From Phoronis australis (taxonomy: Eukaryota > Animalia > Phoronida), in assembly GCA_002633005.1 (NCBI GenBank), contig NMRA01000161.1, forward strand, positions 419,944 through 483,943: DNA of 64,000 nucleotides, written 5' to 3'. Of the stretch, positions 1 to 39,600 are shown piece by piece; within the stretch, counting starts at the first letter, position 1; every line of letters begins with the position of its first letter. A program made the position numbers and the translations under genes. The notes below the pieces were generated by a model. That model ran no database searches and was not told the origin of the DNA. It saw nothing but the letters and a program-made list of their open reading frames with translations.

Positions 1-517
1 AAGTATCGCACCCCCCCCCCCCGTCGCTGCGTTGCAGCTGCATTTGTAACCAAAATGCTTCCAACGAAACACTAATAGAAGCTTTTGACTAGCTAGTTGA
101 CAAATAAGGGACATAAAACATCAATGAAAGGTTGCGACTTGTTATTGCAAACCGGCGACTCCAGACGTTGAATTTCAGACTATCATTCGAAAGAATTTGC
201 TGAAATAAAGGTCTATATCTCAGCAGTGAAATAGTACTAAAATACTCGGCTATATGACACATTGGATTGTAGCTCAACTACCAAAATGACGCACTTCTGG
301 CGCTGAAGTCTTGGATGAGCATTCATCTCACAACAGGACGTACACAACGCACTCAGCGACTTGTTACAGTGTCACTTTCAGAGACGCATGTCTACACATT
401 TCTCTCGAGGTCGTGCATATGTGCACGTCAATTTTATGTGTAGCGCCCTACTTGTTTTTTTGTTTTGTATTTTCTTTTAATGAAAATGCCTTGAATGTTA
501 CTGTTTTGTTTTTTCAG

Positions 518-27256
<26,739 letters not shown>

Positions 27257-27348
27257 GAAAAACGACAGCCAAGCCAACAAGGGATGCTGTGTTTTGTGTT
27301 TCTTTTTAGACTTTTTTCATCGCTTTTAAAGAGTTACAGTATTTAATG

Positions 27349-27480
27349 CAGGGCTTGGAATGTCCTTCCTTTAAGAGGGTTTCTTTTTTGTTTCGATTTC
27401 CTAAAAATAATTATATCATCATTTTGGCATTATTCACCAGGAAAAGTTTCCTCTTTTTGTCATGGTCATTCCAAGCCCTG
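27349..27480. mobile_element. hAT-like MITE with 6-bp TSD in the presumed 3' UTR
   Basis: TIR CAGGGCTTGGAATGTCC / GGTCATTCCAAGCCCTG; exact TTAATG on both sides. Confidence 0.85.
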
Positions 27481-27888
27481 TTAATGGCTCTAGCTGCATT
27501 GTAGTTATCGGGTTACCTGGTGATTTCAGTGATTGCAAGCTATCCATTACATTTATGTTTTGAATTACACATTGCACTACCGAGTTTGTAGAATGAAAAC
27601 TTAGTAGCCCCGTACCTTACAAGGGAAAGATCAATAAGTTTGCATAGAATTAAATTTAGCTTTGTGTTTGAGCTTGTGTGTTTTTTGGCAGCCTGTCATT
27701 AACACTATGACTAAAAGAATTTTGTGTTCATTTGAACATATTAGCTGCCTATAGTAAAATAATAGTTTATACGTCTCTGATCGTGGGAGTGTGACGAAGC
27801 ATAAATGACGTCACCAAATCTTGACCTGAAATTTACCAGGTGTGTATGTGTGTGTTTTGTGGGTTATATGACCTGTCTGCGCTTCTGA

Positions 27889-27894
27889 AATAAA
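27889..27894 (+). promoter_or_regulatory. Candidate polyadenylation signal AATAAA of the ZP gene
   Basis: AATAAA about 630 nt after the stop codon. Confidence 0.35.
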
Positions 27895-28224
27895 CGGATA
27901 ATCACTACTGTGTAATCGGTTTCTTTGCCTAAGCTAATTCAGTCAGTGTAGGCGATTTTCGGAGCGGCGAAATACCCCATTCACAGCGACTGCGAACCTC
28001 TGGTCTGTGGACATTACAGTCGCCCCCTCCTGATTTTTTAAATTCACCACTGTGAAGTCCCGTTTACTCTACAAAAATTTACACAGATCAACTGGCATGG
28101 AACGAGATGATCGGGTGCAAGTATGTGTGTAAACAGAACTGACACGGATCAACTTGACCCAATAGTGACAACTTTTTGATGCTTTAGGTGCCTGAATAGT
28201 ACAGTTGGATGCATTTTCAATCCA

Positions 28225-28900
28225 TTTTATGCGCCCACAAATTGATATGTGGGGGCATATTGCCGTCATCTCTGTCTGGGGGTCGGGCGTCCGCGACTGT
28301 ATCTCCTAAACCCCTGGCAGGATCTTACTGAAATTTGGCAGGTGTGTTTCTATAGGATTGACGACAGAGGGCGAAGAGTTTTAGACCGACTGCTAGTAGC
28401 AATTTTACTTTTTTACGTTTGCCTCTGCATCTTCAACGGTCCTCAACCGATTTTCATGAAATTTAGCACATAGGCATCTATCAATGAGGTGACGCTATCC
28501 ATCCGTTTTCGGATGAATTCGAGGGGTTTTACGCCAACTAGTGGAATTTTTTTATTATTTTCAAGTCTGTTTTTGGCGTCCGCCCTTCTATCAAACAAAG
28601 GATGTTTGTGACAATTAGCATGCATGTTATTACTGTGAAGAGGACTGGTGGCGATGATTTTTTTCCGACTTCGACTATTGTGGTGTCCTTTTTTATTTTC
28701 GTTTTCTTCTGTTTCACTGAAGTTCCTTGACAGATTTTCATGAAATTTGGTTAAAAGCTTTCTGTTAAAGAAACGGTCATGTGTGTCCGTTTTTGGATGG
28801 ATTCAAAGTATTTTGCACCATCAAGTGGCCATTTTTATGATACAATCAAACATCCCTACATGCACACCGTTTGCGGTGCATTCTTTGGCTCATTTCAATA
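28225..28900 (+). mobile_element. Helentron/HINE-like element, shorter copy
   Basis: 5' ttttatgcgcccac...gtgggggcata inverted repeat, same core as 24830-26500, 3' hairpin gcacaccgtttgcggtgc. Confidence 0.7.
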
Positions 28901-31900
28901 TTTTTCTCACCGCATTAATTTAATTTTAATGTAGAATAGATTGAGGTGAGGTTGAATTGGTCATGATACAGGTTTAACGCGGCATTAAACACGTGCTTTC
29001 TATCAGATTTTGACTTTGACCATTTATGTTTTGCTCAAATCTGCGATTTGTGGGCCCAAACATGTACAAAGTTACGTTTCTTTTGTGAAAAGCGGACTTA
29101 GATTAGGGATTCTACGGTATGTATTTGGAGATAAACTCGCAGGCAGTCGGCGTAATTAAGGAGCACTGAAAATGATATTCACAGCTTATGGGTCAGACGA
29201 CACACGGTTTTAGGGGTTTGATTCGATTTGATTCTCCCTAGAAGGAATTCGATTGATTTTTATTCGATTCTTGTTCATCAAATTAATTCATTTTTTTCTC
29301 AAATATAAGTAGTTACATGTACCACTTATACTAATTTTAGCAATAAAGTTGTCAACTGCGATAATAATCCAACCAATGAACGATCCTAATCTGTTCATTT
29401 GTTCAATATCACAAGTCGTAACATTGTACAGACAGCTAACGGTGAAATTAGAACTACGAATCGAATCAAAGTGGACCTTGGCGTATCGATGTCGAAATTG
29501 GTCGCCCCGTATCGCTGTTCGATTACATTTCCACTAATCGTTGCGCTGTTATGAAAATACAATATAAAAAGTCTGCATACAAAGTCAATTTAATAGCAAA
29601 ATAGATTTACTTTCCCATTCTTGGAAAACGTAATCTTTGAATTGACCTTTGGTTAAACTCAGACACAAAACCGCTTTATCACCTACACGTTGCTGAGCCC
29701 AAACTTGGCCAACTCCATGTTTACATGAACATAACAAATGTAGGTAGTTGAAACTACTTAACTGCATTTAAAACAGACGTACGCTGCGAATCAAACTCCA
29801 ACGTTAGTGGCCGTAAGCATCGCTATTTTTAGATCCCACATGGACTCATGTGCTTCCCAAAGAGTGGTAAATATACGCAAGCGTCGCACTCGACCCTTGG
29901 TTGATCATATTTACGAGCGCAGTTGCTGTAACACATGATTCACTTCAGTTGCAGTAAGTTTTGTGCATTTTAGGTCTTGAGATTGTACAAAAAAATCGCC
30001 AGATTGTGTGCTATAGTCGTTTCCAATTGCTTTTGTTCCGGTCAAAGAGAGCCCATGGGTGTTGTTTCTTCTTTCCTTGTCCATCATCATGGGCGCTTAA
30101 TAGTGAATACATATATTTTTCGTGTTGATGCAGAGCTTTAAAGGCGAAGGCAACCTTTTTCCATGTCATTTTGAGCTAAAATAAGGTTGGTTGGTTATCC
30201 TAGACATATTTCCACTTAATTACAGCTTTTTGTATTTTTTACTCGTCTGCTACTCCGGAAGTGACGTTTTAGGAGGCAAGCGTTTCCCGCCACTTGGTTT
30301 TGCGTTGAGTTAACCGTGCGAATCTGTTCTATTCTACTTTTGTTTTGTGCTGTTTTTCAACAATTGTCGCCACCACTTTCCATCGGCGAGTATTCTGCGG
30401 CAAGATAGGTTAGTAGAGAACTCAACTACGTTGGATTTAGGGAATGTTTAGTGTGTTGTAAGCTGNTACCACGGACAGAGGAACAACTGTCCCACTTGCC
30501 AGAGTCTCCCGCGACACACTCCCACTAGATGGTGACCTGAGCACCCAAACTGCTTACATCGTGTCGTGTGACTCCCTCGCCACACACCTGGCACCTTCTA
30601 AATAGACAAATCCACAATAAACTTAACAAAGTTTGGCTCACCGATCTGTTCACTGAACGACAAACTGTCCTCTCCACTGGGTGTCGAACTGGGCCTGTAA
30701 TCACTCCCACTACTCAATATCGCTGCAGGGCTGCTTAGAGCGGGCTCTGAGCTGGAGAAAATAGTCGTTATCGCGTTTCCGCCAGTTGTACAAAAATTCG
30801 TGGCCTGTGCTGTTTATTGTATCTCAAAGTAGGCTATATCTGGGAAGCTTACACGTTCCGATATATTATCCTGGTATTTAAAGACATTTGACCAACGGCA
30901 ACGCACTTGTAGAAATCGAAAGTGTTTGCAATACAGCTGTAGGTAATCACAAAAGAACCACGGGCACGCGCCGTAAAGCCCACACTCCACCGACTTCTAA
31001 CTTCAACCCGAAAGTCGGACATACATTTGCACGTAACACCCCATTTTAACTTGAAACGCCCCTGGAAAATATCGCCTAATTTTGCCATGGTTATGAGGCG
31101 CTAAACTTTTTTCGTCATCTTTTTACTTCTTTCCGTTTTAGAGGAACGCATGCGCCCCTTACGAATTCAGTTACACAAATGTACATATCCAGTGCCTTAT
31201 ATCCCGCCCAGGTCTAATTTTGTTGAGAGAATACCGTCAAGCAATTGTTGTCATTCCAAAAACGTACACCAGGCAACGACATTGGACGAAACAGAGTCCT
31301 AAGTTAGTCTTGATAACGCCATTTGACTCGTAAGACGTAATGTAATACAAGAGGTTTTGAATCACTTCTGGAGTTATATCGCCGTCCAAGTCTGTTGGCA
31401 CATGGAATTGCTTTCTCTGAACTGCGGATATGTAACAGTTTATTTAACGTTTATGTTATAGTTTAAGCGCGCACTTAGGCACATTAACGTATGTTCAAAA
31501 TAAGACACTTTCAAATAAAATTAGAACCATATCACCGTGTTTTGTAAAATGTTACTTGTCACCCACCAGTTATCATGATTTTTTTATTTCCTGTTGCCAT
31601 TAAACTTTTGAATCTGCATTTCGCCTTGTTTATCTGGCTAAAACACGAAAACTCTCAAAAACTCTGGATGCTTTAGTTTCTTGTTACAAAATGAGGTAAA
31701 ATGAGCATAATGCAGTATTCTCAGTGGCAACTATACTGTATGATATGTTTCAGTTACAATACATAGCATGGCGTTTATTAAACATCTGTACGCCGTTATA
31801 TGAATGCTGCTATGAGTACATGTACTTCAACCATACCGGTGCGCCTACAAACTGATCACCAGGCTGAACAACTCTGTTTATGAAGTAATGAACGGGGGTT

Positions 31901-33727
31901 TTAGTGCTAATGAAAGCAGATAGGTCTCTAATGTCCGTTTTTGATGATACCCCTGTATTGAACCTGTTTCGCTATTTTGCAGCTGAGCAAGCCTCGTTTG
32001 TTCCCAGAGTGTATAATCGGTTTATTTACATCCACACTCGGGAATTATTTTATCTTACCACTCTACTCATTTTATAACCTGCCATCTGTCTCATCGAGGG
32101 ATTCAGGCGTCGACGGAAGCAGTAATTTGAGATATGGTAGAAACACTGATCAAAAGAGGCTGTCAACCACTACCAACGATAACAAATTGAACCACACAAA
32201 GTCGTAGGTCCTCAAAAATACACACAATTTAAAAAGTCCGCCATTTCGAACTACAACGGGCTGGTTTGAACGCATTTTTTTCTGGTTTGCATAATATTGC
32301 GGTCTAGTGCGATGGTTACTTGACGTACTTGATTTTAGTGCTTGGTACAGGTTATTTGATGCATGTTTGAATGGTGAACTGTACCTCTGGGACACGTGAT
32401 AGAGTTAAGTTCATATTAGTAGGACCAGGACACTCGCGATAGTGCATTTTCATTTTTAATAACATCTACCTTAGTCCGTCCGGAACGAGAATGTTATCTC
32501 TCAGAAACATCAACGATCTCCTTAAAACAGCGCTCTGGTTTGATTGAGCCTTTTTGTGAGTCCTATATGCTTGAGACGAATCTCTTCAGAGTGGGCTCTT
32601 TGTCTGAGACATATAGAAATTCGGGTCACTTCAATTCGAGAACCCTGAAAATTGGAATTCTGATTAATTAAGGTCTCGATAGGATAATGAAAAATAACTA
32701 TCCTTCGCGGTTTGAGGCTATCAATTCATCAACAGTAGGGTGAGTTTTATACATGTACGTTATTAACATTTGCGTTAGTACCAAGGAAGATTGACCAGCT
32801 TGTTGACGTTTCCACAGACCACTGAATGAGTTTTTAAGTTCTGTGTATTCAATCACTGCTCCTCTACCAGCACAATTTCCATATAATTCAACGGTAAACA
32901 TCCATTCGTTTCGTTTTGATGAACACGGCAAACCATACAAACCTTCAACGTCATCCATTCGATATAATCGCGCACTCTCTTTCTAAGAAGCAGACCTGAC
33001 ACTGAGCATTTGTGGTGCGCATGAATACATATACACGCTGCACCTGAGTCATACTGCGTTACAATGCTCCTCCCTGCTGGAAGTTGGGTATCTTTGTGGC
33101 TATCAGTGATGTTTGTGAGCTGTGGCTCGTTGTCACACGTGAATTCAAGTAAGTTATATAAAGCAACGAAGCACCATGTACGAAGTGGACGAACTGCGTA
33201 TTGAATGAGCCTGGATTATCGTGGGTTTTTGATTCAGAATCAGTCACCCCGCCTCAATAACAGATGTGTTGGTTTACCAGTTTCCCACCGTGCAAACGGC
33301 TACGTTTAGAGAAAGGTCAATCCTTGCCCAAAAGTAAAAAAATGATCTTTTTTAAAATCTTGAAATTCTTGCTTTAGCATTTTCCAGAGATCGCGTCCAC
33401 TACAAGTCATAAGCTTGTCATTCTAATAGTTTTACTCGTTTTACCTTTATCAGAATTTTATGTTTTATAATTTTTAGAGAGAACTATTACAAACACGGTA
33501 TCATCGCCAATGCATTCGAACTACTGTAGATATTCTACACTAACACAGTTGTTTTTAGTACTAAATTACTTATGTACGAGACAATTTTCAATCAGTGCTC
33601 TCAAAAATGTTTGGAAATCGAATTGAGTTCTCAATTTTGTTCGTTTGACGAAAGAGAATACCTCAGAATTCCATGAAAAGTCCGAGCAATGGGTTTTTTG
33701 ACAGGGAGATATCAGGCAAGGAGACGT

Positions 33728-33825
33728 TAATTGAAAATCCCAGGCAGCTTTATACCTTTTAAGGTATAAAGCTGCCTGGGATTTTCAATTATGTTGATTA
33801 TGTTTTTAAAAAAACATAATCAACA
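33728..33825. repeat. Two abutting perfect inverted repeats (31-bp and 16-bp arms, 2-nt loops)
   Basis: 33728-33758 pairs with 33761-33791; 33792-33807 pairs with 33810-33825. Confidence 0.97.
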
Positions 33826-35320
33826 GAATTTCCAAGTTTCAAACAAAAAAACTCTGTAGAAGTTACACCAATTTCTAAAAACTCGTTTTAGCCAAATATG
33901 CGGTCACATGACCTCATAATGTTCATGTATTGTTTTTGTGTTCGTTTTACTAAGCTCACAATTTCAAAAATGTTAAGAGGTTTCATGGGTTAAAACTTTG
34001 TGTTTTTAAATATATTTAACAAACGATGTCCTTGGTATCGACGGTGGTGGTTATAAATTTGCTATATTATGGCATTTATAGTGCGGAAAGACGCAATTTA
34101 CAGTACCACACAGTGAATTTTTGGAATCGTTCATCAGGAAAAGAAAAGGATTCAGATGTACATAATCTGATTCCTACATTTCCACCTCAGTTGGAAGCCT
34201 GCTCCAAACCCTCCCAAACTCCTCCGTAGGCGATGCCAGAAGAGCATCCATTCACAACTCACCTCGCTTTAATTCGCCAACCACCAAATGTTTCGTACTA
34301 ATTTGTTCTGAGCGAAATGGATTTTATTTCACGTTGTCGTCTGTAGCACATTATTTGCGACCAGAGTACCTTTCATACTTCGAGTTACATATAGAAAAAG
34401 TCCGTAATGATTTTGGTTAACGTTTTAGGGATAATTAAGTTAATTCCACACTGTAAGTTCAGTTAAAATTGCTAATGAATGTTGAAATAACGAACATGGT
34501 TAAAGTATATATTGGTTATATTGACCAGTTTCACCGAGAAATTTACCGAAGACCTTGAAATTTTTACCTCTCACAACTCAATCGGCTATTTCTCGGCTTA
34601 ATTTGATCTTAGAAACACGAGTTCTCGAAGACGGCATCATTGGTGGATTTCGCTGAAACTTTTCAGAGTTAAATTAAATTTTTATCTATCGAAATCAAAC
34701 ACGCTGCTAGGATTTTGATTTAAAATACCTAGTTTTTGAATACTGATTGATGTACGTATAAGACTGCTGTTTTTTACAAAAATACCAGGTGTTTGCAAGT
34801 TAATTTGGCATAAAACTGAACTAAGTGAATTATCAAAAATTTCTGGCAGCCTTTCTGAAACATAATGTTAAGTTTCCATTTAGAATTTTTAGTAAAATTG
34901 ACGGAGCTTATTTTACACTGAATTTAGCTTTTTTTGTACGTAAAAATGACTTTAAAACGTGGTCATGTGACAATAAGACACATAGTAGTAAGAAGAATAT
35001 TTTTTAGAATTCTCGATCTTTTTCGTTTCAGAAAATGTATACTTTTAACTTTTGATTTAAAGTTGAGGTCGTTTATTAAGGTCCTATAAGACCTTGATCT
35101 GTTTATTTTGTGTCAGTCTGATGGACTGCGGTCGGGAGCTTGGTGTTATTTTTTACATCAACCGTAATATTCTATCTATTTGCCCAGGTTATTTTGAAAT
35201 GCATCGACAGTTGTATTTCAGTATTCTGTCAAATTGAGATTTCGTCAGCTTAAATTGTCTAACGCATACGATTGTTTGTGTTATACGATGTTTTTTAATT
35301 TATTCCGGGGTCAGCCACAG

Positions 35321-35466
35321 ACACGATCGAATTAAAAGAAAACGGCAAAGAAGCTGCAGATATGATTTACAAACGCGAGGGTGAAAGCGTTACATTCGAG
35401 TGCATTCTCAATACAACTGAGTGGTCACTGACTGGAATTGATACTATCTACATCGAAAAGTGGCAG
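35321..35466 (+). CDS. Exon of Ig V-set (lachesin-like) cell-surface protein (KREGESVTFECILN...IYIEKWQ)
   Basis: Ig B-strand motif EGESVTFxC; two in-frame CAG acceptors (exon start 35315 or 35321); CAG|gtaaga donor. Confidence 0.75.
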
Positions 35467-36519
35467 GTAAGACTGTTTTTTTCATACATCCTATTTCTAG
35501 AACGTTGAAATCATTTTAAGCTAGATTTTTCTATCGATTTTTCAAAACATTTCGAAAACTTGCCTTCTGATTCCACCCAAATTGTAAATGAGAGAAACTT
35601 GCGGTACACTGTGACATTCCAAGTACATGCATGTGTGCCATCGTAAGAAAAAAAATCGTCACATTTGGATGCTGCACCAACTTTCTACGCATTGAAACCT
35701 TACGGACATCGAAAAACAAATTTCAATTTAAAAGAACATTCATGCACAAAATTTTGAGATCCTGTCTTCGGCGTTTGTTAGGCACTTAACCTGTCTGTAG
35801 ATAACAATTTATCGAGTCACGTCGGACAAGGTACTTAGTTTCGAGTTCAGACTCCAGTTTGCATGAATATTGCAAACCAAAACGTTGCATGTGGTACGTA
35901 GTTGCAAGGCCTAAATGATTGAACGTGCAGTAACAGATTTCGATATATACAGAGAGTAGAGTAATGAAAGAAATTGGTAGCATGTGTAGAAACATCGACA
36001 TGTTCCAAAGGGATGTCTTGATCCCCACGTTATTTAAAATGGTACATGCATCTGTCGTCATTTGAGAAAAGACGTTAAAAGTTAACCATATTGACTTAGT
36101 TTATACTAGCAAGGCACTTGCAAACAAAAGTAGTCTTTGAGTGTTCTTTGTGGAAATAGATGGTCTTTTTTAGAACTGGCCTTTTAACTTTAGATTGCTT
36201 TAATTTGGGGCGTCGCATTCTTGTGAAGGAAACGAGAACAGAACAGATGACGATTATATTTTATAATCCATGTATGTTCTGAAATAATTGTAAAAGAAGA
36301 GCAGTCTACGTTTCTTTGAAACCCGATGCTCACAAATAAGCAGGCAAGGCCAGCACATGTGAGTAGTACTGGTTTCTGACACAGGTGGTTGAAATTTGAA
36401 TGGTTTATACGTTTTACCTGCTTGCAGTTGGACCACTCCGCTTGCCCACACTTAATCATTGCTTCCTACCGCCACATTTGCTCTAACATCCATTTCAAAT
36501 TAAAGTGGTCTTGCTACAG

Positions 36520-36670
36520 GATTATACAGTGGGCTTCAAGAACATCAACTCCCATAAACGTATACAAGCACCATTTTTACAAACAGGAAGATACAGTGTC
36601 GAACTGTATGACGTGACAGTGTCTGATGACTACAGTCTCTTTACGGGCAACGTAAAGATCACAATTTCAG
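36520..36670 (+). CDS. Next Ig exon (KNINSHKRIQAPFLQTGRYSVEL...VKITIS)
   Basis: Phase 0-1, in frame with the previous exon; GRYxV D-strand and xITIS E-strand; ctacag acceptor, gtaaca donor. Confidence 0.72.
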
Positions 36671-39600
36671 GTAACAATGAAATGATGGTTTTTGCGCACG
36701 TAAACGTGTTAGAATTGATAATACTGGCAAAAGTTGGCAATTTTTGGAGAATCCCAAAATTATATCAGATAAATGTTGTACAAATCTACTATGAGATAAT
36801 CTTAGTAAAATACAGGTGAAGATAGAAATAGTGTCTTCACGCTTTTGTCGATCGGGTGGTTGTTGTTCTATATGATTTAGCTATCCATACATGTATTAGT
36901 CCTGTAAAGGCTTCAGCGATACAAGGAAACACGATTGTAAGGCCTAGCTCCTCTGAGCGATAACTGTGTAAATTCCTTTCCTTCAATAAGTTATGTAATG
37001 CCGAGTATAATGAACGGATGTTTTTTTTACCCGACTTCGTGTGCCTCATCGAAATAATTGACCAATCGCCAGGATTCTGAATGACGACTTAACTGACCAA
37101 TCAGAACTCAGCATTCTTGACACTCATTCGTTTCCGCCGTTTTACCCGACCAACATCACGTTGTCGGGTAAAACTAATTGTTTGTCGGGTGTCACGTGAC
37201 TTTTCATAAGGTTGCGGAGCTGGCGATAGGTCAATCCTCAAACAGCTAGGAACAACAACAGGGGAAAATTCCGGCAGTAACCCTAGGACCTAGAGTAGGC
37301 TCTAGCGTCACTGTACTCTGTTCAGCACTTAGTGGTGTTCTATTTAATATCCCCTGGTACCCGCGACAGATACATGTACATGCTTCTACTGCTGGAACCC
37401 GCAACGCTCAAAACTACTGCTATCGTACGCTCGTGGTTACCTGTTTTCTCGAGCAGATGCATTACGGCGCCAAAGGATATTTCGCTTATTATTTAACGTG
37501 TCTGCAATCAAGTGCTTCCAGTGGTGGATCTAGGATACCAAAAGTGAGGGCAACATGTTGTCTCTTAAATGATAGCGCATAGTACGTGATTGATACTAGA
37601 GGCTCGTAGGGGGGGGAGTTGTGAGGAGGATTCCCCTCCTCCCCCCCACCACCTCTTCTGCCCAAGGAAATATTTTGTTTTGGCCTCTAAAAACAAGCAT
37701 TTCCTTGATTTTTTTGTAGTATTAACAACCGTTTCCATAGCCAGGTCATAGCCAGGTCGATATTTGCGACTAGTGCGGCTAAATCCCACGACCCAGATAG
37801 CATTCTGGAATCCATCGTCGCTGCACGGCAAATTTTCAACTCGACAAGTTACCTGTACTAAATAACTCCCTTGATTCTAGGTCCACATCGTTCACGCGCG
37901 AACGTGCTTCAACCTATTGTGTTTATTGCACGTTCTATATTTTGTGCAACCACTTTGTAGCAAAAGATGTTGAGTTTAAAACAATCTTAAGTTGCTCAAA
38001 AGACCAAATCCATTTTTCGTGTTGGCATTAACCAAGCGCTTGCTTTGCAAATCGTCATAATTTTAATGTTTGACAAAAAGATAATTATGAGTATCTGAAT
38101 GATTCACTGAGACTTCGAATAAAATTTACATCATACCAGCAGCTTCTGTTTCTCCATCATCAACAAACTTCCGTTTTCTTTGAAAAGGCCAAGTAATTTT
38201 CTTCCTTTGCCTAGTGGATCAGACGACGGAATCAGAGTGGTAGTGCACAGAGCCACTGGCGGTCGCCTGAGAAATCACTCGCATACATGTACATGTATCT
38301 GCTGGGAGCGGCAGTACTTAGCTATAGTTGCCGGTTGTCTGAATCAGTCACTTCAAATCGAGTCTGAGCCCCCTCCCCCCACACACACCCAAACACACAC
38401 ACACACACACACACGTAACCACAAACTACATGTAAAACTCCACACATTGTCAGATCCTGTTTCGGCCGTAAAATGCTAATTACCGGGGTTCATTAATAAA
38501 CTCAATTTTTCCTCGCGCTTTTTGGTGTTGCATTTTTGCGTCCTCAAATGGGAGCCCGGAACCCCTAAATCCGCTATAGATTCTACACGGTTCACAAGAA
38601 ATGTCTTTGTGTATGTCAAATAAAGCATAAAACAGCCTTATCGCGCCATCTTGTGTCACTTCTAGGATGCAGTACCTTTGAGTATTACTCGTATTCGAGG
38701 TGGGATTATAGTGTGCCGCTGATACCATAATATGTTGAATAAAACATTAGTTAGTGCGTTAGCTGTCCATAGCTGTTTGAACGAATTGTCCCGACAAAAC
38801 ATTTAGATTAAGCATTCCATTATTACTGAACGGTTGCGATCTCCTCCATGCACAAAGCAAATATAGCGAACGTTCCCACATGAACGTTACAACAACAGCT
38901 TTTTTGCATGTGTTTTGATCGTCTAGTGAATAATTCAAAATGGGTCGTCTTGAGGAAGCAAACAAACCGTTGCACGAAGCGGAATATCCGATAACAAACC
39001 TCTTAGCCCGTTACGCAGATTACGCTTCCCATAGACGGGGCAATTTAGGATTTCTGATCAATTCAAACAGGCACTGCCGGTGCAGTTCACCTATTCTACA
39101 TTTTATCCTCATGTTCAGTGACAAAATGAGGTGATCTGGTAAGCTTTTTCAGAGCGCAAATGATGATGGGGACGTTAACTTCCAAACTGATTGACTGCTT
39201 TTGATTTTTTTGTTTTTTAATGTCCAGTACAGCCACATTAGACGTGTAATTGTTTATTCCAATTGAATTCTATTAAAGAAGGTGAAATACAAATATGTGC
39301 AAGGTTACATGGTAAATCCTTTTCATTTTGCGCATGTTTGTACGCAGGTACTTGATGGTTTATCAAGGCGTCTATTTGCCTCATCGTAAACTTTATTACA
39401 CTGTAACAAGTCTAATTTCTCCTTTGTCTATGATATTGTTGAGCTGCATATCACGTGCTTCAGATGCATTGTGAAGCCAGTTTAAGGCTACCTCAGACGG
39501 GGAGTTATGACCTCAGCTGTACATGTATGTCTCCAGTGAAAGATACAATTCAAATCAAACCGTGAACACTTGAATGGTTAGTACATTCAACTGTTGTCTT

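Noticed and set aside
29833-29953. Possible 5' exon of the Ig gene (acceptor, ATG ATT CAC..., gtaagt donor)
   Set aside because: Only six codons, no signal peptide; cannot be linked without transcript data.
34026-35187. Candidate signal-peptide exons for the Ig gene (ATG 34026; ATG 35121)
   Set aside because: Weak donors; the hydrophobic frame near 35120-35187 has no in-frame ATG.
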